The notes under the pieces are model-generated. The model ran no database searches and was not told the DNA's origin. It saw nothing but the letters and a program-made list of their open reading frames with translations. Of a stretch of 64,000 bases of DNA, positions 46,526 to 56,038 are shown in pieces. Source of the DNA: a virus (Duplodnaviria > Caudoviricetes); the IMG/VR virus record IMGVR_UViG_3300032237_000080, positions 305-64,304 of that record. One strand, given 5' to 3'. Each line of letters starts with the position of its first letter. Within the stretch, counting starts at the first letter, position 1. Made by a program: the position numbers and the translations under genes.

Positions 46526-49357
46526 ATGTCAGGTGGATGGACAGTAGTTGACTCAGCGTCAAACAAATCAATTCCTATTCAAGGATCAAACGTTTCAGGC
46601 GCTGCTGCGCCTTTTGTAACACCTGCTCCGGGTACACAAGACCCAGTAGGAAAATTCCGCGTATCTCAACCTCAAGCGTTGATTGATACCGACTTTGAAT
46701 ATGGTACGCAGCCTACAAAGTGGGAATCTATTGCCTTGCAAAACAATAGGCAAAGTACGTATTTTATTCAACAACAGCCTTTGGGTGTTACATCAATTAC
46801 AGGCACAACAACATTAACACTTACTGGCACATTTGCTGTTGCCGCTAATACACCAATCTTTATCCAAAATGCAACTGATTCATACGCCAACGGATGGTGG
46901 TGGACAATTGCTGGCGGTACAAACACAATGACCTGTATCCCTACAACTGCGCCAGCAGCAGGGGAAAAGTTTAGCGCAACCGGCACCTATGTGTATGCGG
47001 GTTATTTTTATTCAAACTGCGGCATTAGCTTAACCGGAACAACAGCGTTTACAACAGATGGTACAGCTACTGTTCTTTGTACTACCACTGGCGCTCATGG
47101 TTTGCAAAAAGACAGCCTGATTTATATCAAGGGTACAACTAGCTCAGGAACAACCATCAACGGCGCGTTTGTTGTTGCGACAGTACCGACAGCTAATACA
47201 TTCACTTTTGTAAATACCAACGGTACGGTGGCGGCATCAGCTATCACCAACGTTGCTAACAATACTACGCTTTATGCCCGCCCTGCGGGTTATGTAGAGC
47301 CTCGTACTTTTGATGGTGGTGTGGCATTTACCGCTGGTGGTGGAGCGCCTAATCAACAGTTGATTCGCCAAACACGCCGTTATTTCCGTTACCAATCTGG
47401 TAAGGGTATTCAGTTCTCTACAGGTTCATCTTTGAAGCCTGCGCTATTTGTTACTTCTATTACGGGTACTGGAACAACTGCAACAGTCACCACTCGTTAT
47501 GTTCATAACATGACGGTAGGTTCTAGGATACAGGTATCCGGATGTAACCAAGGTGTGTACAACGGAACATTTACGATTGCCACAGTAACTTCACCAACTG
47601 TATTTACGTACACAACCACGAACAGCATAGGTGTGACCCCAGCAACAGGACTTATTCGTATCAGCCCTTTGAGTTGGTATGGTTCTTCTAATCGTGTTGG
47701 AATGTTTGACCAGCAAAACGGATTCTTTTTTGAGTTCGATGGTCAGACTTTGTACGCCGTATTGCGAAATTCCATTAACCAAATCAATGGAACAGTTGCC
47801 GTAACCAACGGCTCAAACATTGTTACGGGTACAGGGTCAGCATTCGCCTCTCAATTATTGATTGGTGACTATATTGTTATCCGTGGGCAGTCTTATAAAG
47901 TGCTTACGATTACCAGTGATACTGTTATGCAGGTTTCTCCTGAGTATCGTGGCACTACGATTAGCAACGCTTTGGTATCGCGCACAATTGATTTCAAAAT
48001 ACCGCAGTCATCTTGGTACGACAAATGTGATGGCACAGGCCCATCAGGATACAACATTGACCTAACTAGAATGCAGATGTGGTACATCGACTATTCATGG
48101 TACGGTGCTGGTGTTGTTCGTTTTGGTTTCCGTGCAACAAATGGGCAGATAACTTACGTTACACAGATTCAAAACAACAACTTACAGTTTGAAGCCTATA
48201 TGCGTTCCGGAAACATGGCTGCCCATTATGAGTCAAATGGACAGTCTCCAATAACGCAGTTGTCAGCCAGTTTAAGTACCGGCGGAACAACCACACTATC
48301 TGCGGCAATTACTGTTGACGCAGCGACAATCCCAATAACCTCAACAACTAACTTTAACAATGCTGGTATTGCAGTGATTGGCACTGAGTACATCTACTAC
48401 ACAGGTATTTCTGGTAGTAGTTTGGTTGGCTGTACGCGGGGTTACGCAAAGACTGTTGCAAAAGGGTATCCAAGTGGCACAACAATTGGCCCATCTTCAA
48501 TTGATATTGATAATGGTAATGGTTTTGCGCCATCAGGCACTGTTAAAGTGCAAGCGGCAGGTGCTACTGGAGCGATTGAATACATCGCCTATTCAGGTAA
48601 TGATGGCAGCTTCTTGTATGGATTAACTCGCGGTCAAACTGGTGGAGCTGCTGCAACAGCGTTCACCTACTCAGCAACAGCTCCTGTAGCGGTTGAGTTT
48701 GCATCTCCTGATACCGTACCTTCTCTGTCTCACTGGGGTTCGTCAGTCATTATGGATGGTCAGTTCAACGATGATAAGTCGTTAATCTTTAACTACGGTG
48801 TAAATCTTGCAGTAACTTTACTTACTACAACCACTTTAGTTTGCCCATTACTTGCAATTCGCATCGCCCCATCAGTAGATAATGGTCAAGTTGGATTGCT
48901 TGGTCAAAAAGAAATTATTAACCGTATGCAGTTGACGCTGCTTGAGTTGGGGGTTGTTGCAAGTGGCACTACTTTAATTACTTTGGTGCTGAACGGTTAT
49001 GTAGTGGGCGGAACGTGGGGGGCTTGGACTTCGCCAATTTCCCAAGGTGTTGACGCTGTTATTTCATCATTGGCTCAAGTTTCGGTAAACACCTTAAATA
49101 GTGGCACATTGAGGGGCGGTGAGTCAGTTGCTGCGTTTTATACCAACTCAGGTGGTCAAACAACTTTGGACTTGTCTCAAGTACGTGACATCGGTAACTC
49201 AATTTTGGGTGGTGGTAATAGCTCTGCTGTGTCTACAAGCCCTGCCAATATCTACCCAGATGGCCCTGATGTTTTGTATGTTTGCGCTACCAACGTGGTT
49301 AGTTTGGCAACACCAAGTGTGTACACTCGTTTGTCTTGGAAAGAAGCACAGGCTTAA
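46526..49357 (+). CDS. Large beta-rich virion structural protein
   Basis: AAGGAG RBS before ATG 46526; repeated Thr-rich beta domains (TTTGAHGL, TTRYVHNM). Confidence 0.65.
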   Translation: MSGGWTVVDSASNKSIPIQGSNVSGAAAPFVTPAPGTQDPVGKFRVSQPQALIDTDFEYGTQPTKWESIALQNNRQSTYFIQQQPLGVTSITGTTTLTLTGTFAVAANTPIFIQNATDSYANGWWWTIAGGTNTMTCIPTTAPAAGEKFSATGTYVYAGYFYSNCGISLTGTTAFTTDGTATVLCTTTGAHGLQKDSLIYIKGTTSSGTTINGAFVVATVPTANTFTFVNTNGTVAASAITNVANNTTLYARPAGYVEPRTFDGGVAFTAGGGAPNQQLIRQTRRYFRYQSGKGIQFSTGSSLKPALFVTSITGTGTTATVTTRYVHNMTVGSRIQVSGCNQGVYNGTFTIATVTSPTVFTYTTTNSIGVTPATGLIRISPLSWYGSSNRVGMFDQQNGFFFEFDGQTLYAVLRNSINQINGTVAVTNGSNIVTGTGSAFASQLLIGDYIVIRGQSYKVLTITSDTVMQVSPEYRGTTISNALVSRTIDFKIPQSSWYDKCDGTGPSGYNIDLTRMQMWYIDYSWYGAGVVRFGFRATNGQITYVTQIQNNNLQFEAYMRSGNMAAHYESNGQSPITQLSASLSTGGTTTLSAAITVDAATIPITSTTNFNNAGIAVIGTEYIYYTGISGSSLVGCTRGYAKTVAKGYPSGTTIGPSSIDIDNGNGFAPSGTVKVQAAGATGAIEYIAYSGNDGSFLYGLTRGQTGGAAATAFTYSATAPVAVEFASPDTVPSLSHWGSSVIMDGQFNDDKSLIFNYGVNLAVTLLTTTTLVCPLLAIRIAPSVDNGQVGLLGQKEIINRMQLTLLELGVVASGTTLITLVLNGYVVGGTWGAWTSPISQGVDAVISSLAQVSVNTLNSGTLRGGESVAAFYTNSGGQTTLDLSQVRDIGNSILGGGNSSAVSTSPANIYPDGPDVLYVCATNVVSLATPSVYTRLSWKEAQA

Positions 49358-49360
49358 TGT

Positions 49361-49672
49361 ATGGGAACACCAGCATGGCAACGCAAGGAAGGGAAGAATC
49401 CGAACGGAGGCTTGAACGCCAAAGGACGGGCCTCCGCGAAGAAGGAAGGGCACAACCTGAAGCCTCCGCAACCCGAGGGCGGCAGCAGGCGAGACTCTTT
49501 CTGCGCCCGGATGAAAGGTATGAAAGCGAAACTGACGAGCGCAGAAACCGCAAGGGATCCAGATTCGAGGATTAACAAATCTTTGAGAGCTTGGAACTGT
49601 GCTGATGGTGGATACGTGGCGCAAGCCGATGGCTGTGCTACCAAAGGTAAAACGAAGGGTAAATTCGTATGA
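49361..49672 (+). CDS. Basic conserved phage protein (DUF6321-like, tentative) with C-terminal ADGxAxKGKT tag
   Basis: WQRKEGKNPNGGLNAKGRAS...RRDSFCARM...SLRAWNC. Confidence 0.7.
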   Translation: MGTPAWQRKEGKNPNGGLNAKGRASAKKEGHNLKPPQPEGGSRRDSFCARMKGMKAKLTSAETARDPDSRINKSLRAWNCADGGYVAQADGCATKGKTKGKFV

Positions 49673-49866
49673 CCGAACATGACCAAGAAACCCTAAAGCA
49701 CATCCTTGATGGTGCATCAATCATTACCGTCATAGGAACAATCGTGGAATTTTTACCCGCCGTATCTGCGGTATTCAGTATTATCTGGGTGTCGATTCGT
49801 ATCTACGAAACAGATACAGTCCAACGACTTGTGGGTCGTAAGAAAGACAACGATGCCAGCAACTAG
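49669..49866 (+). CDS. Small membrane protein
   Basis: Hydrophobic core IITVIGTIVEFLPAVSAVFSIIWVSIRIYE. Confidence 0.65.
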   Translation: MTEHDQETLKHILDGASIITVIGTIVEFLPAVSAVFSIIWVSIRIYETDTVQRLVGRKKDNDASN

Positions 49867-50377
49867 CCTTAAACAAAAAAAGTTTATGGACGCAGTGGCA
49901 CACAATAAAGCGTTTGCCACACAAGTTGGAGTCCCACAGTCTGTGGGCAAAGACTTCAGTGAGGCCAGCAAGGGTATGAAATTTGGCAAGGGTGAACAAA
50001 CCCGTGCTGATAGGCAGGAAATCAACAAGCCAAAAACCGATCATGGTCAGGCGGCTCTCTTTAAAAAAGGTGGAAGTATGGCAACGAAAATGAATCCCGG
50101 TTTTATGGCAATGATGGCTAAGAAAAAAGCTGGAATGAAAAAGGGCGGCATGAGCATGGCTGCGTTTGAAAAGTCCGGTAAGGATGTCGAGAAGAAGGGC
50201 GTGAAAGAAGGCTCTAAAGCTGACATGGCTATGGACAAAAAACAAATGATGGGCATGAAAAAAGGCGGCGCTACCAAAAAGATGGCTTCTGGTGGTTCAG
50301 CTTCTTCACGTGCTGATGGTGTTGCTCAACGTGGCAAAACCGTTGGTAAATTACTTGCCAAAGGCGGTAAAGTTTAA
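49853..50377 (+). CDS. Lys/Met/Gly-rich protein with repeated KKGG motifs
   Basis: MPATSLKQKKFM start; five [FML][AK][KS]GG motifs. Confidence 0.7.
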   Translation: MPATSLKQKKFMDAVAHNKAFATQVGVPQSVGKDFSEASKGMKFGKGEQTRADRQEINKPKTDHGQAALFKKGGSMATKMNPGFMAMMAKKKAGMKKGGMSMAAFEKSGKDVEKKGVKEGSKADMAMDKKQMMGMKKGGATKKMASGGSASSRADGVAQRGKTVGKLLAKGGKV

Positions 50378-50386
50378 GGAACTATC

Positions 50387-51343
50387 ATGGCAAGAAATAA
50401 CGCTGCAACTTTAGCCGGACTCGCTGCTCTTGCTGGTGCGGCGTATATGTACAACAAGAAGAAAGACGAGGGTACTGACCTTGGGTCTACCCGTGCCGCT
50501 CGTCCCGCAGATACAAAAACAAGTGGGTTGGATGAGTCTGAACTCCAACGGGAAACAAAACGTGGCCCGACTGGTAGCATCCCAACAAAAACTAAAGCAC
50601 CTGCTCCTGTTGAAGCATCAGATACGGAAACATCTGATACCTCAGTTACTCCATCAAGCCGTGTAACTCCCGGCGGCACAGCAAAACGCACCGAAGGCAA
50701 TCAACCCATGCCCTCTTTGCGTGCAGTTGAAGCCCGTGCTGCATCAAATAAAACTGATGCAATGCGTAACGCCTCACGTGCTCAACAAGCAGCGACTAAC
50801 CGTATGCGGGCAATGGCGGCAAACCCAGAAGCTCAAGCTGTTGAAGCTGTGTACCCAGAACAGTACATGACCCCCGGTGGTGGTGTAAAAACAATGGCAA
50901 ATATGGCAAGAGCCGCCGCTAATCGTGGTGTTGTTGGGGCTGCTGAACGCTCTACCGCTCCCGCCATCAAAGAAATTGGCATGAGTTCACGTGGTGCTAC
51001 ACCCGCCGCTCCACAACTTTCTGCTCCTGCCAAACAACTGACTGGCCCAAGCAAAGCTGATCTGTTGGCACGTGACCGTGCTGCCCGTGCAACCACACGC
51101 CAAGAACAGATGATGAATGAGAATGCCGCCAACTACGGTTTGAACCCCGAAGCTCCCGGTTATGGTGCTGCGGCTGGCGCATTACGTGACAAGCTTGGTG
51201 GCGCTGACTTCTCCCTTGGTATGAAAAAGGGCGGTAAAGTTAAAAAAATGGTTTCTGGTGGCATGACCTCCAAAGCACCTTCCGCTTCCCGCCGTGGTGA
51301 CGGTATCGCTTCACGTGGTAAGACACGTTGCAAAATTTGTTAA
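50387..51343 (+). CDS. Ala-rich, probably disordered protein with C-terminal MKKGG/GDGIASRGKT tag
   Basis: 318 aa; AAGGA RBS. Confidence 0.7.
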   Translation: MARNNAATLAGLAALAGAAYMYNKKKDEGTDLGSTRAARPADTKTSGLDESELQRETKRGPTGSIPTKTKAPAPVEASDTETSDTSVTPSSRVTPGGTAKRTEGNQPMPSLRAVEARAASNKTDAMRNASRAQQAATNRMRAMAANPEAQAVEAVYPEQYMTPGGGVKTMANMARAAANRGVVGAAERSTAPAIKEIGMSSRGATPAAPQLSAPAKQLTGPSKADLLARDRAARATTRQEQMMNENAANYGLNPEAPGYGAAAGALRDKLGGADFSLGMKKGGKVKKMVSGGMTSKAPSASRRGDGIASRGKTRCKIC

Positions 51344-51352
51344 GGAAAAATC

Positions 51353-51853
51353 ATGGGACGATTTACAAGACACGGGATGGATGACCAACCACTTGAAGGT
51401 GGCGGCGCTGGCGCAGGAATGGGTAGGTATAAATCATCACCCAAAAAATCCTATGACCCCGATGCCGAAGCTGAAAAAATTATTGGTGTAGGTTTTGGTG
51501 CTCCATTAGCAGCGGCGGGGACTATGGCGGCAATTGGTAGTGCTGACCGTACGGCAACTAAAGCGGGCGACGAAAAACGCACTCAAGACCGCCAAGAAGC
51601 CGCAGATGAAATGAAGCGCGAATCTCGAAGCAAACAAGATTCAATGACCTCTGGTCAAAAACAATCTATGCAAGAAGCAAAAGATGCAGCAATGCAGTCT
51701 AAAAAAGACAAAGCATATAACGCCGCCAAAACTTATCCAGAAGGTATGGCAAAGGGGGGTATGACTGCTTCTCGCCGTGCTGATGGTTGCGCTGAACGTG
51801 GCAAAACCAAAGGCACAATCGTGATGTGTGGCGGCGGGATGTACAAAAAATGA
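51353..51853 (+). CDS. Low-complexity protein with C-terminal MAKGG/ADGCAERGKT tag
   Basis: 166 aa; AAGGA RBS. Confidence 0.7.
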   Translation: MGRFTRHGMDDQPLEGGGAGAGMGRYKSSPKKSYDPDAEAEKIIGVGFGAPLAAAGTMAAIGSADRTATKAGDEKRTQDRQEAADEMKRESRSKQDSMTSGQKQSMQEAKDAAMQSKKDKAYNAAKTYPEGMAKGGMTASRRADGCAERGKTKGTIVMCGGGMYKK

Positions 51854-52128
51854 TGGCCTCCCGTGGCATGGGCGCAATCAACCCCAAGAAAATGCCGGGG
51901 AAGAAAGTCATTCACCGTAAAGACAAACCACAAGACGTGGATATGTATGCGGAGGGTGGTAAGGTCAATGCCGCTGGGAACTACACCAAACCTGATTTGC
52001 GTAAGCGGATTTTCAACAGCGTCAAGGCTGCGGCAATCGTAGGTACGGGTGCTGGTCAGTGGTCAGCCCGTAAAAGTCAGGTGTTAGCCAAACGCTATAA
52101 GGCGGCGGGCGGGGGCTACCGTGACTGA
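51853..52128 (+). CDS. Basic conserved phage protein (NYTKP...GQWSARK...GGGY; DUF5872 N-half-like)
   Basis: Motif recognition; TGATG coupling. Confidence 0.65.
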   Translation: MASRGMGAINPKKMPGKKVIHRKDKPQDVDMYAEGGKVNAAGNYTKPDLRKRIFNSVKAAAIVGTGAGQWSARKSQVLAKRYKAAGGGYRD

Positions 52129-52579
52129 AGCCACCAAGACTTGCACAGACTGCGGAGAGACAAAACAGCTATCTGCTTTTCGCAGCCGTGGCGGTCAACT
52201 GGCACATCTATACAAAAGCCATTGCAACACTTGCCTTTACAAAAGGCATAAGGACTGGGCTGATGATAATCAACATCGAATTGCTGAATATCGAGAGAAA
52301 GACCCGTGGACATTGGCTAAAAGGTGTAGTCGTCGCGGGATTACCCCAGAACAACTTGTGGAGCGGTATGAGCGGCAGGAAGGATGTTGTGCGGTTTGCA
52401 AAACTGAAGTTGCGCTGATAGAGAGTGCAATTGACCACAATCACGATACCGGAGAGTTTCGCGGCGTGTTGTGTAAGCAGTGCAACCGCGCACTGGGAAT
52501 GTTTAAAGACAGCCCTGTTATTTTGCGTAACGCCGTAGAATACCTTGAAGCTTTTGGGAGTTATGGTGATGGCACTTAA
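52121..52579 (+). CDS. Endonuclease VII-family (His-Me finger) homing endonuclease
   Basis: CTDCGETK...HCNTC; CCAVC...IDHNHDTGEFRGVLCKQCNRALG. Confidence 0.85.
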   Translation: MTEATKTCTDCGETKQLSAFRSRGGQLAHLYKSHCNTCLYKRHKDWADDNQHRIAEYREKDPWTLAKRCSRRGITPEQLVERYERQEGCCAVCKTEVALIESAIDHNHDTGEFRGVLCKQCNRALGMFKDSPVILRNAVEYLEAFGSYGDGT

Positions 52580-52808
52580 AGCGCCGCAAAAATCCTTAAA
52601 GGATTGGACGGATCAAAAATGGAGAACCAAAAGTGGTAAAAGATCTTCTGACACAGGTGAAAGATACCTTCCTGAAGCTGCAATCAAAGCTCTCAGCCCT
52701 GCTGAGTACGCTGCGACAACCAAAGCAAAAAGAGCCGGAAAAAAAGCCGGAAAGCAATTCGTAAAACAACCGCCTAAAGTGGCAAGTAAAACAGCAAGTT
52801 TTAGATAA
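52569..52808 (+). CDS. Basic conserved phage protein (QKSLKDWTDQKWRTKSGK...GERYLP; DUF5872 C-half-like)
   Basis: Motif recognition; ATG 52569. Confidence 0.65.
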   Translation: MALKAPQKSLKDWTDQKWRTKSGKRSSDTGERYLPEAAIKALSPAEYAATTKAKRAGKKAGKQFVKQPPKVASKTASFR

Positions 52809-52818
52809 AGGAAAAATC

Positions 52819-53082
52819 ATGTCGCAACTTACTCTGACCCCCGAAGAAGATCAACTGGTTCTCAGCGCATTACGTGGTAAGGCTAATCAGTATGCTGCTA
52901 TGTTTGGTACTGATGACCAAGCTATTTTGGATTTGATTGCCAAGGTTGAAGGCCAACTTCCTCAATCTGCACCAGCAGTTGAACAACCAGAAAATGAACC
53001 CACAGCAGAAGAAGTAGAAGCTCATTTTGATGCTGTAGAAGCCGTTGAAGAAAAGCCAGCTAAGGCTAAGAAAGCCAAATAA
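52819..53082 (+). CDS. Hypothetical protein
   Basis: 87 aa; AAGGA RBS; acidic region then Lys-rich tail. Confidence 0.65.
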   Translation: MSQLTLTPEEDQLVLSALRGKANQYAAMFGTDDQAILDLIAKVEGQLPQSAPAVEQPENEPTAEEVEAHFDAVEAVEEKPAKAKKAK

Positions 53083-54008
53083 TGGCAAACACATCCGGTG
53101 CAGTCAGTTTCAATCTTGACCTAACAGAACTGGTCGAAGAGGCGTTTGAACGCGCCGGTAGTGAACTTCGCACTGGTTATGACCTGAAGACAGCCCGCCG
53201 CAGTTTGAACATCATGTTTGCTGATTGGGCAAACCGTGGTATCAATTTGTGGACAATTGAGACTGGCACGATTGATTTGGTTCAAGGGCAAAACACTTAC
53301 CCCCTACCCAACGATACGATTGATCTGTTGGAACACGTTATCCGCACTGGGGCAAATGTAGCTTCCACTCAGGCTGACCTGACTATCACTCGGATTAGTG
53401 TTTCTACCTATGCCACGATCCCCAACAAGATTACACAGTCCAGACCAATCCAACTTTGGATTCAGCGATACAACGGCATGACATCTCCCGCTGGTGCGTT
53501 GCTTTCTTCAACAATTACTTCTACCAGTACTCAGATTACATTGGATTCAGTGATTGGACTCCCTGCCGCTGGATTTGTAAAAATTGACAATGAGATCATC
53601 AACTACAGCTATATATCAGGGAATATCCTATATAACTGCTTCCGTGCCCAACAAAACACAACAGCGGCGGCTCATACAGCAGGTGCAACCGTGTACTGGC
53701 AGCAAGTTCCAGCAATAACAGTATGGCCCACACCTGATAACGCTCAGACGTATCAACTTGTTTACTGGAGACTGCGACGTACCCAAGACGCCGGAGGCGG
53801 TGTAAATGTAATGGACGTGCCGTTCCGTTTTATTCCTTGTATGGCGGCTGGTCTGTCGTACTACATTGCCATGAAAGTCCCAACAGGTGGTGAACGCCTT
53901 GGCACCCTGAAGCAGCAATACGATGAGGCTTGGGAAATGGCGGCGTACGAAGATCATGAGAAAGCAGCTTTGAGGCTTGTCCCCCGTCAAACCTACATTG
54001 GGAGGTAA
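53082..54008 (+). CDS. Putative head-tail adaptor/connector protein
   Basis: LVEEAFERAG...ARRSLNIMFADWANRGINLW...P.RFIPCMAAGLSYYIA; helical ends flank an inserted beta domain. Confidence 0.6.
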   Translation: MANTSGAVSFNLDLTELVEEAFERAGSELRTGYDLKTARRSLNIMFADWANRGINLWTIETGTIDLVQGQNTYPLPNDTIDLLEHVIRTGANVASTQADLTITRISVSTYATIPNKITQSRPIQLWIQRYNGMTSPAGALLSSTITSTSTQITLDSVIGLPAAGFVKIDNEIINYSYISGNILYNCFRAQQNTTAAAHTAGATVYWQQVPAITVWPTPDNAQTYQLVYWRLRRTQDAGGGVNVMDVPFRFIPCMAAGLSYYIAMKVPTGGERLGTLKQQYDEAWEMAAYEDHEKAALRLVPRQTYIGR

Positions 54009-54010
54009 GG

Positions 54011-54436
54011 GTGGGTAATCGTTTTGCTGCTGGCAAAAAAGCAATTGCAGAGTGTGATCGCTGTGGGCAGCGTTTTTTGTTGAAGGTACTCAAGACCGAG
54101 ATCATCAAGACAAAGAAGTACGATTTGTTGGTTTGTCCTGAATGCTGGGATCCTGACCATCCGCAACTTCAGTTGGGTATGTGGCCTGTAGATGACCCAC
54201 AGGCTTTGCGGAATCCCCGCCCTGATCGCAGTTATGTGGTGTCAGGTACAAGTGGGTTGCAGATTGACCCGACAGGCACGGGCATACTGGGTACAGGAAC
54301 GAATGAAGGTGGTAGTCGAATCTTCCAATGGGGTTGGAACCCGGTTGGTGGTGCACAAGGATCAGATGCAGGATTAACGCCAAATGTCTTGGCAATGGTT
54401 GTGCAACTTGGTACAGTAACGGTAGTAACGACGTAA
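54011..54436 (+). CDS. Zinc-finger protein (CDRC...CPECWD), late module
   Basis: Two CxxC pairs; GTG start. Confidence 0.7.
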   Translation: MGNRFAAGKKAIAECDRCGQRFLLKVLKTEIIKTKKYDLLVCPECWDPDHPQLQLGMWPVDDPQALRNPRPDRSYVVSGTSGLQIDPTGTGILGTGTNEGGSRIFQWGWNPVGGAQGSDAGLTPNVLAMVVQLGTVTVVTT

Positions 54437-54446
54437 GGAGTTGATG

Positions 54447-54611
54447 ATGGACAAGAAACAAGTAAAGCAAATCGCTGATACCGAAGCCAAAAAAATGGTT
54501 AAAGGTCATGAATCCCGTATGCACAAAATGGCAAAGGGTGGTGTAACTACTGACGCTATGAAAGCCGTTGGTCGTAACATGGCACGTGCCAACAATCAAG
54601 GTGGTAAATAA
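54447..54611 (+). CDS. 54-aa basic protein with MAKGG motif (absent from the ORF track)
   Basis: MDKKQVKQIADTEAKKMVKGHESRMHKMAKGG...; AAGGAG RBS. Confidence 0.65.
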   Translation: MDKKQVKQIADTEAKKMVKGHESRMHKMAKGGVTTDAMKAVGRNMARANNQGGK

Positions 54612-54883
54612 TGGCTAAATATAGCGACAAACGAATGGGTAAAGAAGTTGGCACTGCTGCTGTCTACGCCCCACCGCATACCATGTCTGGTAAGCCTGTG
54701 TCTGGTGAAATACCAAAAGTTCCTTACGCAACTGAAAAAGCTGCTAAAGACGTGGGCGTTGCTGACCCTGTACCAAATGGCGTAAGCTACGGCATGGCTG
54801 GTGAGCCTAAGACAACAGGTATCAAAACCCGTGGTAATGGCGCAGCTACCAAAGGCGTTATGGCAAGAGGCCCAATGGCATGA
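54611..54883 (+). CDS. Small basic protein with C-terminal GIKTRGNGAATKG motif
   Basis: 90 aa; TAATG coupling. Confidence 0.7.
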   Translation: MAKYSDKRMGKEVGTAAVYAPPHTMSGKPVSGEIPKVPYATEKAAKDVGVADPVPNGVSYGMAGEPKTTGIKTRGNGAATKGVMARGPMA

Positions 54884-55590
54884 ACTACACGTCGTTGTAT
54901 AACACGATTCAGACGTACACGGAAAATCAATTTCCATCAGTTACGATTGCGGGCGGAGGCACGGTTAGTGCAACCACTCAGATAAACACGTTTATCACGC
55001 AAGCTGAACAGCGTATATACAACACGGTTCAATTCCCTTCGTTACGTAAGACATCGACGCTGACCACCACTGCGTCCACCCAGTATTTAAATTGCCCAAA
55101 CGATTTTCTTGCAACATATTCAATGGCGGTTATGGGCGCTACTGGCTATACGTTTTTGCTAAATAAAGATGTTAGTTTTATTCGCCAAGCCTATCCGCTT
55201 TCAACAGATACGGCATCTCCGCAGTATTACGCACTCTTTGGCCCGCAAGCGGCTTCTGATTTAGAGCTTCGCTTTATCTTAGGGCCAACACCTGATGCCG
55301 TGTATAACATAGAGTTGCAGTACTTCTTCTATCCAGAATCCATTACAACGGTTACGGGCGGGCAGACTTGGCTTGGCGACAATTTTGATACCGTGCTTCT
55401 GTATGGTTCTTTGGTTGAGGCGTACACCTATATGAAAGGTGAGCAAGACTTGATTGGATTGTATGATGGCAAATACAAAGAAGCGCTTGCGTTAGCATCT
55501 CGACTTGGTGATGGTTTGGAGCGTAGCGACGCATACCGTAGTGGTCAGTACAGGCAATCGCCTTTACCACAGAATAACGGGGTGCGATAA
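54880..55590 (+). CDS. Putative head-tail/tail tubular structural protein
   Basis: FITQAEQRIYN...LGPTPDAVY.IELQYF..P...WLGDNF..VLLYGSLVEA. Confidence 0.6.
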   Translation: MNYTSLYNTIQTYTENQFPSVTIAGGGTVSATTQINTFITQAEQRIYNTVQFPSLRKTSTLTTTASTQYLNCPNDFLATYSMAVMGATGYTFLLNKDVSFIRQAYPLSTDTASPQYYALFGPQAASDLELRFILGPTPDAVYNIELQYFFYPESITTVTGGQTWLGDNFDTVLLYGSLVEAYTYMKGEQDLIGLYDGKYKEALALASRLGDGLERSDAYRSGQYRQSPLPQNNGVR

Positions 55591-56016
55591 ATGGCATTTA
55601 CTGGCAACTGGACTTGCAACACATTCAAAACAGGCATGATGAACGGAACGTTCAACTTTACGTCCGGTACGTTCTATATGGCTTTGTACACTAATGCAGC
55701 CACGCTTGATGCCACTACCACGGCTTATACGTCTACGGGCGAAGTTGTGGCTTCAGGGTACACGGCTGGTGGTCTTGCTCTCACGATTGCACAGACACCT
55801 ACGGTAGGTAACTCGGGCAATACGGCATACATCTCCTTTGACAATGCAGTTTGGAACGCTGGTTTGACTACCCGTGGCGCATTAATTTACCAAAGTGGCG
55901 GCGGTAATCCAGCAGTTTGTGTATTGGACTTTGGCAATGACAAAACAAGTTCCACTACCCTCACAGTGCAGTTCCCAAACCCATCAAATACATCAGCCAT
56001 CATAAGGATTGCGTGA
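55591..56016 (+). CDS. Putative virion structural protein
   Basis: FKTGMMNG..NF....FYMALYT...GEV...GYTAGG...ALIY. Confidence 0.6.
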   Translation: MAFTGNWTCNTFKTGMMNGTFNFTSGTFYMALYTNAATLDATTTAYTSTGEVVASGYTAGGLALTIAQTPTVGNSGNTAYISFDNAVWNAGLTTRGALIYQSGGGNPAVCVLDFGNDKTSSTTLTVQFPNPSNTSAIIRIA

Positions 56017-56038
56017 TGGTTAATACTGAGGCATAAAC

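Noticed and set aside
52121-52579. Group I intron harbouring the endonuclease
   Set aside because: The ORF overlaps both neighbours and leaves no room for a ribozyme core.
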